From positions 32,001 through 96,000 of the IMG/VR virus record IMGVR_UViG_3300037991_006036: DNA of 64,000 nt; one strand, written 5' to 3'. Made by a program: the position numbers and the translations under genes. This DNA is from a virus. Taxonomy: Duplodnaviria; Caudoviricetes. Under the pieces are notes generated by a model. It did not search any database, had not been told where the DNA came from, and was given only the letters and a program-made list of their open reading frames with translations. This document shows, one piece after another, positions 26,792 through 36,348 of this stretch; positions within the stretch are counted from its first letter, which is position 1; each line of letters opens with the position of its first letter.

Positions 26792-29717
26792 ATCTAACTA
26801 TAAAAGTTGTATCTACGTTGTTTGGTAGTTTTAATGGAAATCCTAGTTTTGCAACTGCTAACATTTCTCCATATTCGTTATATAATCCTATAGCAGTTAC
26901 GTATGGTTTAAAATCAGATCCAGTTGTGAATGGTCTAAATTCGTATTGGTTTGAAGCAGGATTATATTCTTGTATGGTGGGATTATTGCTACGATTAAAC
27001 TCTCCTGCCCCAACTGTACATGCTACCTCTTTTTCGTATATCGTATGAGTTCCTCGTGCTGACACTTCTTTTATGTCCATGTAACGAGATATAATTGATC
27101 CTAGAACCATTTGACCGTGATTGTAAAACACATTACCTACTACTGTTGTAGCACGCCCAAGTGTATGATAAGATAAAAATCTATCACTATCACTCATCAC
27201 TCCTGCATACATTTTTATGTTGTCAATTAATCCATCAAACCCTCGATCCGCTGATACATTGTTACCTATATATATGTCAGACTTGTTGGAGCATCCCGCT
27301 ACATCTGTGACGTCGGATCCAGTTGTTTGTAAGACATTGTCTATGTACATCATCAATTTTGAAGAGCTTAGTTGACAAGTTACGTGATGCAATTGGTTTA
27401 ATGTTAAACTGCCAGAAACTTCTGCTTGCTCAAACAAATTATCACGTTTGAATCGTAAAATCGTACTTCCGGAATCCATAGTAATAACATATGGAGTTCG
27501 ATCGTCGCTTGCGTATGAGAACACATTGCCATTTATATCTACTCCATGATCCTCAGAGGTGCCTTGTTTGGTTAAAACTACAGAACCGGAAGGGTGTGCA
27601 GAGTGGGCAGTGGGTCTTATCATAAAAGTAAACGTAAAGTCGTTATTTTCAAAATTGTAAGACTGTCTATAATTTTGTACTGCTGCTGGTTGTATGTGAA
27701 CGCTTGAAGATAAGCTACTGCTAAATGTTGGAACCACTCCTAGTAGATCGATGGGTTGAGGTACTGGTAAGGTTGTTCCAGCAATATCGGTAAATTTTAT
27801 GTTTTTGTAGTGAGTTTCCATTACCCAATTACCGCGATTAAAGCTACTTGTCAAGTTAACTGCTCCTTTGCCATTATACTTATACAAATCTCTAGTAGGC
27901 CATTCTCCTACGCTAGTTATTGATAATGATTCACTTACTCTTGTTGTTGGAGATATTGGTGAAATCAATCCTCCTGATACATATAGATTACCGTTAAGGT
28001 CATCTGTTATTTCTATAGATTCGTTATTGCTACCGCTTATATTATAGTTTGCTTTTAGTAATAAAGAGGATTGCTGAATACCTTCTCCAAATTTTGTTTG
28101 AGCAAGATTTACTATATATGCTTGATCTTCTAAATCTCTAATTTGGTTGTTAATATTTCCATTACCGAACGCTGCTTTAGTGTTACTATAAAAATCTTCG
28201 TAAAATAAATGGTTTATAGATTTATGTACAACTCGTTGGAATTTTTTATTGACCGTGATTGGTTCGTAATATTGGAAATGTGGATTGCCTTGATCAAAGA
28301 GTGTGTTTAAGGGGTTGTAGCTTGGGTGTGATGGTATAGGATTGTAATCTGCTTTGTATACAGAAAAAGTTGGTTCTGAGTTTATATCAAATTGAATAAA
28401 TCTTTCACTGTATGATGAGCTAAATCCAACAAATATGTCTGAACTTGATACATCTGCTTTTAGTGCTGTTCCTATACGTAAATCTCCTTTTGTAGCTCCA
28501 AAATGATCTGGATCTGAAATTTCGTATGTATCAGGATTGATTGTAAAAAACACAGACTCTTGCAAACTACCTGTACTTCCTGCGAATACTCCTATTGTTG
28601 CTGGTGTTTGGTTAGTTTGTATTGTTGCTTTAACTTCACGTTTCAATGCTACCCACTTTCTTGCATCTACGACTTTTTCAAAAGATGCTACATTATAGGC
28701 AGTGTTAACTGCATACAAATCAATTCCAACTCTGCCATCACGATACACAACATGCACTTTACTTGTCTGTAAAGTTGCTGATCCAGATATAAAGTTGGTT
28801 TTGTCCATTAGAATATCTGCAACGCCTGATGTTACGAGTTGTGATACTGCTGTATCTTTTACTACAAATAATTTTCCGTCTTCAAATAATGCAAAGTATC
28901 TGTTTTGAGTACCACAATATAAAAATGTTTTTAAAGCAGTTGGTGTTGTTGCTCCATAAACACTCGCTCCATATACAGAATAACCAAAAGCACTTCCCGG
29001 ATTTACAGATCCACTAAAACTAGCGGTTAGTGTTTGTGGAAATGATCCAGTAAAAGAAACAGCATAAGCTCCTAAAGAGCCGGTAGATGCAATTGCTAAA
29101 ATTTTATCATTTACGCTTTTACCTTCTGCATTTACAGCACTAAATGATCCAGTAAGAGTGGGTGCAATAGAGGTTGGCATTATTACACCTTCTGCTACAG
29201 ATGATGTATAAGCTAGTGAGTTAGGAAAGTATAATTTTGAAGTTATGCCTTTTTCACCAGCAACATAAACGTAGTCAAAACTAGCTGATGGTGTTGAGGA
29301 AATACTTGCAATGCTTGTTACTTTTGAGCTGGTATAACATGCTTTTGCGTGTGTAGGGTTTTTTGTTAAAGTTCGTGAAAACGCACTTATTGCTCCAAAT
29401 CCATTAGCTGTTGAAGCTGCATGAATACTGCTTTGAAGTTGACCTACACCATAAGCAGTTACACCGTTTAAGTTTGGTGTACTTATATCATTAAGTATTT
29501 CGTAATTGTCGTTCTGATTAAGTCGTAACAATCTGCTACTACTTACGTCGGTTGTATAAAGGTGTGTACCGCTGTATAATGTTCCAACACTAACTGGACT
29601 AGCTTGTACATTAGAGTAATAGTTTTTGTAACAAACAGTGCTAAACCATTTCTTGTGTGCTTTAAACGGGGTGAGCCGAATATCAGATGCGTCTAGATTT
29701 TTGAAAACTCCTGCCAT
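26781..29717 (-). CDS. Tail/baseplate structural protein with LamG/ConA-like domain
   Basis: DFTFTFMIRP...LHHVT...MYIDN...FDGLIDNIKMY; C-terminal PYVTAIGLYN...LAVAKL shared with the neighbouring gene. Confidence 0.75.
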   Translation of the reverse strand: MAGVFKNLDASDIRLTPFKAHKKWFSTVCYKNYYSNVQASPVSVGTLYSGTHLYTTDVSSSRLLRLNQNDNYEILNDISTPNLNGVTAYGVGQLQSSIHAASTANGFGAISAFSRTLTKNPTHAKACYTSSKVTSIASISSTPSASFDYVYVAGEKGITSKLYFPNSLAYTSSVAEGVIMPTSIAPTLTGSFSAVNAEGKSVNDKILAIASTGSLGAYAVSFTGSFPQTLTASFSGSVNPGSAFGYSVYGASVYGATTPTALKTFLYCGTQNRYFALFEDGKLFVVKDTAVSQLVTSGVADILMDKTNFISGSATLQTSKVHVVYRDGRVGIDLYAVNTAYNVASFEKVVDARKWVALKREVKATIQTNQTPATIGVFAGSTGSLQESVFFTINPDTYEISDPDHFGATKGDLRIGTALKADVSSSDIFVGFSSSYSERFIQFDINSEPTFSVYKADYNPIPSHPSYNPLNTLFDQGNPHFQYYEPITVNKKFQRVVHKSINHLFYEDFYSNTKAAFGNGNINNQIRDLEDQAYIVNLAQTKFGEGIQQSSLLLKANYNISGSNNESIEITDDLNGNLYVSGGLISPISPTTRVSESLSITSVGEWPTRDLYKYNGKGAVNLTSSFNRGNWVMETHYKNIKFTDIAGTTLPVPQPIDLLGVVPTFSSSLSSSVHIQPAAVQNYRQSYNFENNDFTFTFMIRPTAHSAHPSGSVVLTKQGTSEDHGVDINGNVFSYASDDRTPYVITMDSGSTILRFKRDNLFEQAEVSGSLTLNQLHHVTCQLSSSKLMMYIDNVLQTTGSDVTDVAGCSNKSDIYIGNNVSADRGFDGLIDNIKMYAGVMSDSDRFLSYHTLGRATTVVGNVFYNHGQMVLGSIISRYMDIKEVSARGTHTIYEKEVACTVGAGEFNRSNNPTIQEYNPASNQYEFRPFTTGSDFKPYVTAIGLYNEYGEMLAVAKLGFPLKLPNNVDTTFIVRYDK

Positions 29718-29721
29718 TACA

Positions 29722-29729
29722 TATAAATA
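29722..29729 (-). promoter_or_regulatory. Late promoter-like motif TATTTATA
   Basis: 4 nt before ATG 29717, just after the terminator. Confidence 0.7.
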
Positions 29730-29736
29730 TGTCGGT

Positions 29737-29770
29737 AAAACAAATCCCTTCCATTATGTTGAAAGGGATT
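29737..29770 (-). terminator. Probable intrinsic terminator
   Basis: Minus strand AATCCCTTTC-aacataat-GGAAGGGATT (10-bp stem with one G-U pair) followed by TGTTTT. It lies between the stop at 29796 and the next late motif. Confidence 0.65.
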
Positions 29771-29795
29771 GTTGGCTAGTTTGATTGTGTGATTT

Positions 29796-30857
29796 TTAGT
29801 AGTCTAGCTTTACCTTCACTAATGCTTCTCTATTGAAACTCTTTAGTAATGGCTTGCTCAATTTAGCAACAGCTACTAATCTATTATTATCATCATACAT
29901 TCCAATTGTCGTAACATAAACACTTGGATTTCTTAACATGCTAGCATGCTTAAAAGTTCCAGTACTTCCAGTTACAAATGTTGGATTGTTTGAAAAGTTA
30001 AAGTTTTTATTTGTTACACGAACAAAATAGTGTGTAGAGGTTATTTTTTCTTCACTCCTTGCTGCAAAATATGTAGATGCAGAAATGTACATTGATGCTG
30101 TTACTGCATTTTTTGGTTGGGTTCCGGCTGCTGATAATGTAGTTGCATTACCAGTATTGAAATTCATTCCTGTTTCTGTTTTTAATCTTGTAGCATTAAA
30201 TACCAACACTCCGTGGTCTGGATAGAATAATCCATACTGTGTGTTGGAGGCTGTTACTGCTCCAGATCCACTAAAGATTCCAACTACACGTCCAGCTTCG
30301 TTTACAGTTGGTGTTTCTTCTTCACCACTATTATCGATAAACGACATATAAGAACCTACAGATAAACCACCACTAGAAATTCGTAGTTCCCAGTTTCCTG
30401 GATCAATTTTTTGTCTAAATCTTGCTCGAGCAACATTAATTACCATAATGTCGTCTGGTGTATCACTTCCAAAAGTAAATGCTGTATCTGTAGGAGGTAG
30501 TAGTTGGTTTCTGTACTGTGAGTATATAGCTCTTGTTGGTGTATCGTTGGCGTTTTGACCAACAGTATTAGGATCTCCAAATGATCCACTTCCTAATCTA
30601 TTACCATAAGCTACAGCAAACTGCACAGCTGCTGAAGCAGCCTCGTTAGTGTCTTGTGGATTTCTGTGAAGTACGTTTACATAATAATCACCAGATTGTG
30701 ATACCTGAGCTGATGATGTAAAGAATCCTATTCCGGTTGAACCTCCGTAAGATTGTGAATATGGATTCATATTTTCTGACCATACTGGTTGTGATACTGT
30801 TTGAGTGTCCCCAGGTACTATGTCGTCTCCTTGAAAGTCTTTATATATTTCTGCCAT
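29796..30857 (-). CDS. Tail/baseplate structural protein
   Basis: C-terminal YVTTIGMYDDNNRLVAVAKLSKPL; NFSNNPTF motif shared with 26781-29717. Confidence 0.7.
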   Translation of the reverse strand: MAEIYKDFQGDDIVPGDTQTVSQPVWSENMNPYSQSYGGSTGIGFFTSSAQVSQSGDYYVNVLHRNPQDTNEAASAAVQFAVAYGNRLGSGSFGDPNTVGQNANDTPTRAIYSQYRNQLLPPTDTAFTFGSDTPDDIMVINVARARFRQKIDPGNWELRISSGGLSVGSYMSFIDNSGEEETPTVNEAGRVVGIFSGSGAVTASNTQYGLFYPDHGVLVFNATRLKTETGMNFNTGNATTLSAAGTQPKNAVTASMYISASTYFAARSEEKITSTHYFVRVTNKNFNFSNNPTFVTGSTGTFKHASMLRNPSVYVTTIGMYDDNNRLVAVAKLSKPLLKSFNREALVKVKLDY

Positions 30858-30867
30858 TTTATTTTAT

Positions 30868-31620
30868 TTATCTAACGGATGTTGCTGTTGTAATATCTAA
30901 TGTTGTAAACTGTGTTGGATCAACAGTTACAACTACTGTCTTGAATCCACCAGTTTCATTACCTACAATTGTTAACAACGCTTTTACTGTCTTAGTTGTG
31001 TCTGCTTGTGGTTTAGCTTTGATAATAAACTTGCTTCCAGTTCGTGTAATCGTTTTACCAGTTGTAGAGGTTCCAGTCACTTCGTCATCTATAAAGCTAG
31101 TTGCAGCTGAAGCTAAGTCTGTATTTCCAGCAGTAGGGCTAGCTGAAGCTGGTGATGTCTGTCTTCGTGCTTTAGAAACGGCACCGTCTGGAGCAACTTC
31201 TAAGGTTGCTACAGTATCGTCACTCAAGATGGCTGTATATCCGTTTGTTGAATTTGCACCTTGTAAGTTTAGAGTACTTGGTGCAACAGTAATCTCTTGA
31301 GTAAGAGATGTAAATGTTACTGCTGATGGTGTAACACTAATCACTGGTATACCGATAACATCCTTGGGCAGAGTAATTAACTTGTATCGCAACATTTGCG
31401 TTTCATCGGGAAGTGCTTCTAAAACTGGCATGTCTTCTATGACCTTTCCGTAAAAATTAGTCCCTAATGTATGAGCTGGATTCCATAAATCGTAATCTAC
31501 TTCGTCATCTGATAATGCGAATTTTACGATATTCAATCGGCCTCCTGCCGCCAGGATCTCTCGTCCTTTGTTAGTTAAGATTGCGTCAACTGTGACGGTT
31601 GTATTATCTAAATATCCCAC
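30868..31620 (-). CDS. Tail/baseplate structural protein (tail-collar-fibre-like N-terminus)
   Basis: GTG start; MGYLDN...DAILTNKGREILA...IVKFALSDDEVDY; late motif upstream. Confidence 0.7.
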   Translation of the reverse strand: MGYLDNTTVTVDAILTNKGREILAAGGRLNIVKFALSDDEVDYDLWNPAHTLGTNFYGKVIEDMPVLEALPDETQMLRYKLITLPKDVIGIPVISVTPSAVTFTSLTQEITVAPSTLNLQGANSTNGYTAILSDDTVATLEVAPDGAVSKARRQTSPASASPTAGNTDLASAATSFIDDEVTGTSTTGKTITRTGSKFIIKAKPQADTTKTVKALLTIVGNETGGFKTVVVTVDPTQFTTLDITTATSVR

Positions 31621-31645
31621 TGTAGTAAAGTTTTATCTTGTTTTA

Positions 31646-31653
31646 TATAAATA
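31646..31653 (-). promoter_or_regulatory. Late promoter-like motif TATTTATA
   Basis: 25 nt before GTG 31620. Confidence 0.7.
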
Positions 31654-31673
31654 TGCAGTTATTAAGAAAAACG

Positions 31674-34600
31674 TTATCTAATTGCAAACGTACCTGCTTG
31701 CTTTCCTGGTTTAACTGCTAATTGTTTTCCTCCACCTTCTGTTACGGTGATTACGGGTCCTCCATCTACTGTATCTGGACTATCAACATTGTAATCTGTA
31801 GAAGTTAGTTTGCATCCTTCGTATCGAGCATTCACCATTCCTTTGGCATTCCACAAATGATAATCTTGTACAGATTCAAAATAATTTAATGGTTGTACTC
31901 GTAAGTTATTTATAGCACTGAAAGCTGCTGCTGCACCCCTAAACGATTGTATCGTTATAACAAGGTTTGGTCCATCTGCTTGTGTAATAAAATCGAAAGA
32001 TTGATCATTTCCAGCAACGTTGTTTGTGTTAGTTACTACAATGCTATCGCTGTATGCTGATCCTTCTTTACCATATTGTAAGTGCAGTTCTACTCTACCA
32101 GTTCCGGTTGAAGAAGCAAAGTTTCCTGTAATTCTGTATCTAATATCTTTTGTTGATGCATCCTCTCTTTCACTAAAAAAACTATTAAGTAATACAGATC
32201 CAGTATACCTACCGGTAGTTGTTGCTCTCCAGTTTAATCCGTCATAAGGACCGGAGCCACCTCCATTATTTGTACCAATTCGTGATCCGCTTATTTGCCA
32301 ATACGCAGTGGTATTAAGTGGTGAGCTGTATTGTGTAGTTCCGCTGTAAGAGCTGGATATACGTAAACCAAAATTGGTTACCCATATGTTTTCGTCAACG
32401 GTTGCTGATGAGGTTAGTAGTGTGTTGACACTTCCAGTAACTATTCCACCATAAGTTACTGGGTATAGTTGTTCAAGTGCTTTATAGCTCCAAATATCTT
32501 TTTGATATTTTGGTTCATCTGGAGCACTTCTTTCACTAAATCGACTTGTTATTATTGTTGGGTTTATTGCTTGCCAATCATCATATCGGCTAGCGGTTAC
32601 AAAAGTCAATACTCGAGGGTTACTGCCACTTGAGTTGTATGTCATGTAGATGTATTTACTACCTTCATAACGTGAATTGTGTCCAGTTCCGTTTACTCCT
32701 AAGTCAATAGCAGCACCTTCTCTCATTTCAAAAATTGATCCAGTAGGTTCTCCAGTCATATCAATAGGTGGAGTAGATTCAGCCACTACACCATACAATC
32801 CAGATGGTTGAAGAATTTGTAAATCTATAGATGCTGTGTTTTGTTTAGGTAATAAATCTTGTGCAGAGCTGGTTATTTGTAAATAATCCGACAGATCACC
32901 TCCTATTGTAGCTGCTGCTACATAATGTGTTAGTGGTGTATTTGTTGGATCTTCAACCTCACCTTTGGGTGGAAAAACTTTTTCCGGACCTAAATCTAAA
33001 GATGCTGTTAGTAGTAAGTCTTCAGCTACTGGAGGTGGAGTTGGTAATTTGCTACGTTCTAATATAGTAGGTTCAATTAATAAACCAGTTTGTGTGTTTG
33101 CTCTATAAGGCACAAACTTTTTTATAAGTTTAAACAAAGCTGCATTGTAGTGTTGTAACAATCTAATATATTCGTTTGGCTTATTTGTGCCTTTATATTT
33201 TTTTGAATATACCCTTGCTAGGCCTTGTAAATCTGTATAATCGTCTAATTTTAGTTGAGCTGGATTACCTATATAATCATCTATACTAAGTCCACCAAAC
33301 TGTTCTGCTATGTCTTGGTTAACTTCGTTTGTTGGAGATAAGAAAACACCTAATTTAGAGTTATCAGGCGGATTATTATCAGTTAACGGCTTCTCTGCTT
33401 TACTGTCTTTGAATAGTTGATTTCCTGCTAATGTTGTGTTATCAATTCGTATTTTTGAAGAAATACTTCTATTTGCTCCTAAATCAGGCCATTCTAATGA
33501 GTTTTGTTCAATTACTCGAAAATATGCTGAGCTTGTTACATTGTAAAAGGATGCTGACGGTTGTGTTATGTCTTGGTTTGGGTGTTGAGAGTTGAAACTA
33601 CTAGTTGCAGGATAATGGTCGTCTAGGGTTGTTTTATTATCTGTACCTAAAGTCAATCGATACATTAAACTATCAAAACTTGATGTACTTCCTGTAAACA
33701 CCCCATCAGTATTGCCTTGAAAACTTGTTGGAGTCAGTGTATGGTTATCGAGTATAGCATCTTGTAACTCAGAAGACCACATTCTAAATTCTTGAATACT
33801 CCCTGAAAACAAATCCATTGAGTGCGAATCTGCTAATGTATAGCTTCCTGATCCTGGTATCCATAAACTACCACTATTTGTAAAAGAATAATTATATGAT
33901 GATGAATCGTTTCCGTCTACAAACAACGATGCAGTTGTTGTCGATACAACTTTGTTGTAACGAGAAGTTTTTACTATTAGTCTATATGTTTGATCTGTGG
34001 TAATATCGTCATCTTGAGCCTCTCTTCTCAATGCAATATGGTGCCATCTCGTGTCTTGATTTGTGTAAGGATCTTCTGTGTCTGTATCGTATATAGATGA
34101 GCTTACACTTGATGTAGCCCAAGTTGCACCACTTCCACTACTCAAAAAGAAACCTATATGATTCCCACTACCACTCTGAAATGCTCGAATTTTCCATCTA
34201 CCAGGAACCTCCATGATGGTTTGATCTTTAGTCTGGCTATCAGCCATTCTAACTCTCATCTCAATAGTTTGCGCAGTTGCGTTACTACCACTTAATCTTT
34301 GCCACGGTACCTTTACTTGTTGAGCTGGTAATCCAGTTGTTTGTCCATTGTATCCAGCAACAAATGCGTAGTTAAATCTGTCATAAACAAAATCAGATTT
34401 TTTATCAAATCCACCTTCATGACCTCCATATTCTTTTATGCGTAAGATTGACTCCGGAATTCCAAAACAATTAATTAATGCTCTTAGACATCTTTCGGTG
34501 CCTTTAGTTTGTACGAGATATGGCAAATTGTTTATAAGACGTTTCCACGTCTCTTTCATGGTATCTGAAGTGCTGGTTTCGTATGCTGTGTTTACACTAC

Positions 34601-36311
34601 CAGTTGCATCTGTGCCTAAGGTGTAATTCCATAACTCGTCTAAAGCTGCACCGTTTTCAAATTCAAATCCTAAATTTTGACCAATTAGATATAACAAATC
34701 CTTACTTAATCCAGCAGTTAATTCTTGACTTTTATTATATTTGTTGGTGTATTCGTCAATATATGGAAGTATATCATCAAAGTAGTGACCAGCAACTTTT
34801 ACGACTTGTGTAAAAGTGTCATTATCTGAATCTTCTACGATGTGGGCTGGTAAGTTTCTTGTTAATGCGTTTGTATTATTTTGATCATATATACTTGCTG
34901 AAGCTAAGGCACCTACATACCACTCTTCAACTTGAGAAGATGTAAACGAATAAAGAGGATAAGGTTTAGTAGTTGTTGACTTAGGCCATGTAGAGGGATA
35001 AAACTCACCATAAGAGCTTGTTTCGTAGCTAGCTGATTCGTAGTAAAGATATCTTTCGTAAGCATCAAATCCTCCAATAACACTACTCTTTCGTTTAATG
35101 TTTGTTAAGATGTTTGTGTTGAACGCTGCACTACTAGATGCTGATGAGCTTACTAGACCAGTTAGGTCAGTAGTTAAGGCTGCTATTCTTGCATCGTAGC
35201 TTTCAATTAACCTTACTTTGTGTCTAAAGTTAAATAAACGAGCTTCCGCATTACTGTATGTGATAAAGTTTTCATATTTTCGAAAATCGACATTAATATC
35301 AATATTTTCAATAAGCGAGCTACTTGTTAATCTATCTTGTAGTTGATAATATACACTATTAGCAGATCCCGTATCAGTTCCTACTAAATCGTCTTTATCT
35401 TTATATTCTGTAGAAACTCCAGTTCTAATTCTAGCTAATATATCAAAATTAGGTCCAGCTATTTCTAAAGTTCTAGGTTTTAGATCTGGTGGTATTAGTG
35501 TTATATCTGTACTAAAGTCTCCGCTAACCTCTTGTGCTAACCATAACTCATCACCTACAACAATGTCTGCAGGGATTGGAGCAGCTAGTTTGAATATAAT
35601 ACTATAGGGTGATGAGTTTATTGTAAACTTGTCTTGTACATAATCAAATACTGGAAAGGATAAATTTGCATTCTTAAAAAGAAATAGATTGCTTAGTATT
35701 TGGCTTTTTGGTGTAATGAATAAACCACTCTCAAACTGGTTTAAGAAGCTAGTATTGTCAAGTGTAGATGATAATATTGGTCGTACTCTAAGCTCTAATC
35801 CGTTGGAGCTTATTTCTTGAACAACAATCTTATGACCATCTCCAGATCCTAATATGTTTCTGTGAAACTTATAAACTGGTTTGTATCTTCCAGCAACGTA
35901 TCCCAACTCTTGTATGTCTTCTTCAACGTTAAGTAATACGGATACGTTTGGTGATGGATCGTTTGATATGCTAGACTGTCTACCTTCTTCCTTATATCTT
36001 TCGATTGTAAAATCTGGTACACGGTAGTTTGTTCCTAAGTACGCATCTACAGCGTTAAAAAGATCCAATCTAACTACATCGTTTGGATAGTTGGTTAGAT
36101 TTTGTGCTTTAGTACCAAAAGCCTGTACTGGAGATGTATTATCCTGTTGCGGGGTTTCTTGGTCACGGCTTGCGGTCACGATCGGTGTAATGCCATCAGA
36201 CACATCTGTTGGTTTAGATGGTGATGTTAAAGGTGCTCGCTCTTGTTGTTTTGATATTAGAGGTTTTGATTCTCCAACAACTTGCCTAATATTTTTTGGT
36301 CCGTATGCCAC
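31674..36311 (-). CDS. Large baseplate wedge-like structural protein with LamG-like domain
   Basis: 1545 aa; LPYLVQTKGTERCLRALINCFG resembles the P2 gpI/gp7-type KGT motif; TIEMRV...WHHIAL...FSGSIQEFRMW is LamG-like. Confidence 0.7.
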   Translation of the reverse strand: MAYGPKNIRQVVGESKPLISKQQERAPLTSPSKPTDVSDGITPIVTASRDQETPQQDNTSPVQAFGTKAQNLTNYPNDVVRLDLFNAVDAYLGTNYRVPDFTIERYKEEGRQSSISNDPSPNVSVLLNVEEDIQELGYVAGRYKPVYKFHRNILGSGDGHKIVVQEISSNGLELRVRPILSSTLDNTSFLNQFESGLFITPKSQILSNLFLFKNANLSFPVFDYVQDKFTINSSPYSIIFKLAAPIPADIVVGDELWLAQEVSGDFSTDITLIPPDLKPRTLEIAGPNFDILARIRTGVSTEYKDKDDLVGTDTGSANSVYYQLQDRLTSSSLIENIDINVDFRKYENFITYSNAEARLFNFRHKVRLIESYDARIAALTTDLTGLVSSSASSSAAFNTNILTNIKRKSSVIGGFDAYERYLYYESASYETSSYGEFYPSTWPKSTTTKPYPLYSFTSSQVEEWYVGALASASIYDQNNTNALTRNLPAHIVEDSDNDTFTQVVKVAGHYFDDILPYIDEYTNKYNKSQELTAGLSKDLLYLIGQNLGFEFENGAALDELWNYTLGTDATGSVNTAYETSTSDTMKETWKRLINNLPYLVQTKGTERCLRALINCFGIPESILRIKEYGGHEGGFDKKSDFVYDRFNYAFVAGYNGQTTGLPAQQVKVPWQRLSGSNATAQTIEMRVRMADSQTKDQTIMEVPGRWKIRAFQSGSGNHIGFFLSSGSGATWATSSVSSSIYDTDTEDPYTNQDTRWHHIALRREAQDDDITTDQTYRLIVKTSRYNKVVSTTTASLFVDGNDSSSYNYSFTNSGSLWIPGSGSYTLADSHSMDLFSGSIQEFRMWSSELQDAILDNHTLTPTSFQGNTDGVFTGSTSSFDSLMYRLTLGTDNKTTLDDHYPATSSFNSQHPNQDITQPSASFYNVTSSAYFRVIEQNSLEWPDLGANRSISSKIRIDNTTLAGNQLFKDSKAEKPLTDNNPPDNSKLGVFLSPTNEVNQDIAEQFGGLSIDDYIGNPAQLKLDDYTDLQGLARVYSKKYKGTNKPNEYIRLLQHYNAALFKLIKKFVPYRANTQTGLLIEPTILERSKLPTPPPVAEDLLLTASLDLGPEKVFPPKGEVEDPTNTPLTHYVAAATIGGDLSDYLQITSSAQDLLPKQNTASIDLQILQPSGLYGVVAESTPPIDMTGEPTGSIFEMREGAAIDLGVNGTGHNSRYEGSKYIYMTYNSSGSNPRVLTFVTASRYDDWQAINPTIITSRFSERSAPDEPKYQKDIWSYKALEQLYPVTYGGIVTGSVNTLLTSSATVDENIWVTNFGLRISSSYSGTTQYSSPLNTTAYWQISGSRIGTNNGGGSGPYDGLNWRATTTGRYTGSVLLNSFFSEREDASTKDIRYRITGNFASSTGTGRVELHLQYGKEGSAYSDSIVVTNTNNVAGNDQSFDFITQADGPNLVITIQSFRGAAAAFSAINNLRVQPLNYFESVQDYHLWNAKGMVNARYEGCKLTSTDYNVDSPDTVDGGPVITVTEGGGKQLAVKPGKQAGTFAIR

Positions 36312-36325
36312 TTACTTGCGTTTTA

Positions 36326-36333
36326 TATAAATA
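36326..36333 (-). promoter_or_regulatory. Late promoter-like motif TATTTATA
   Basis: 14 nt before GTG 36311. Confidence 0.7.
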
Positions 36334-36348
36334 GTTGCATTAAACAAT

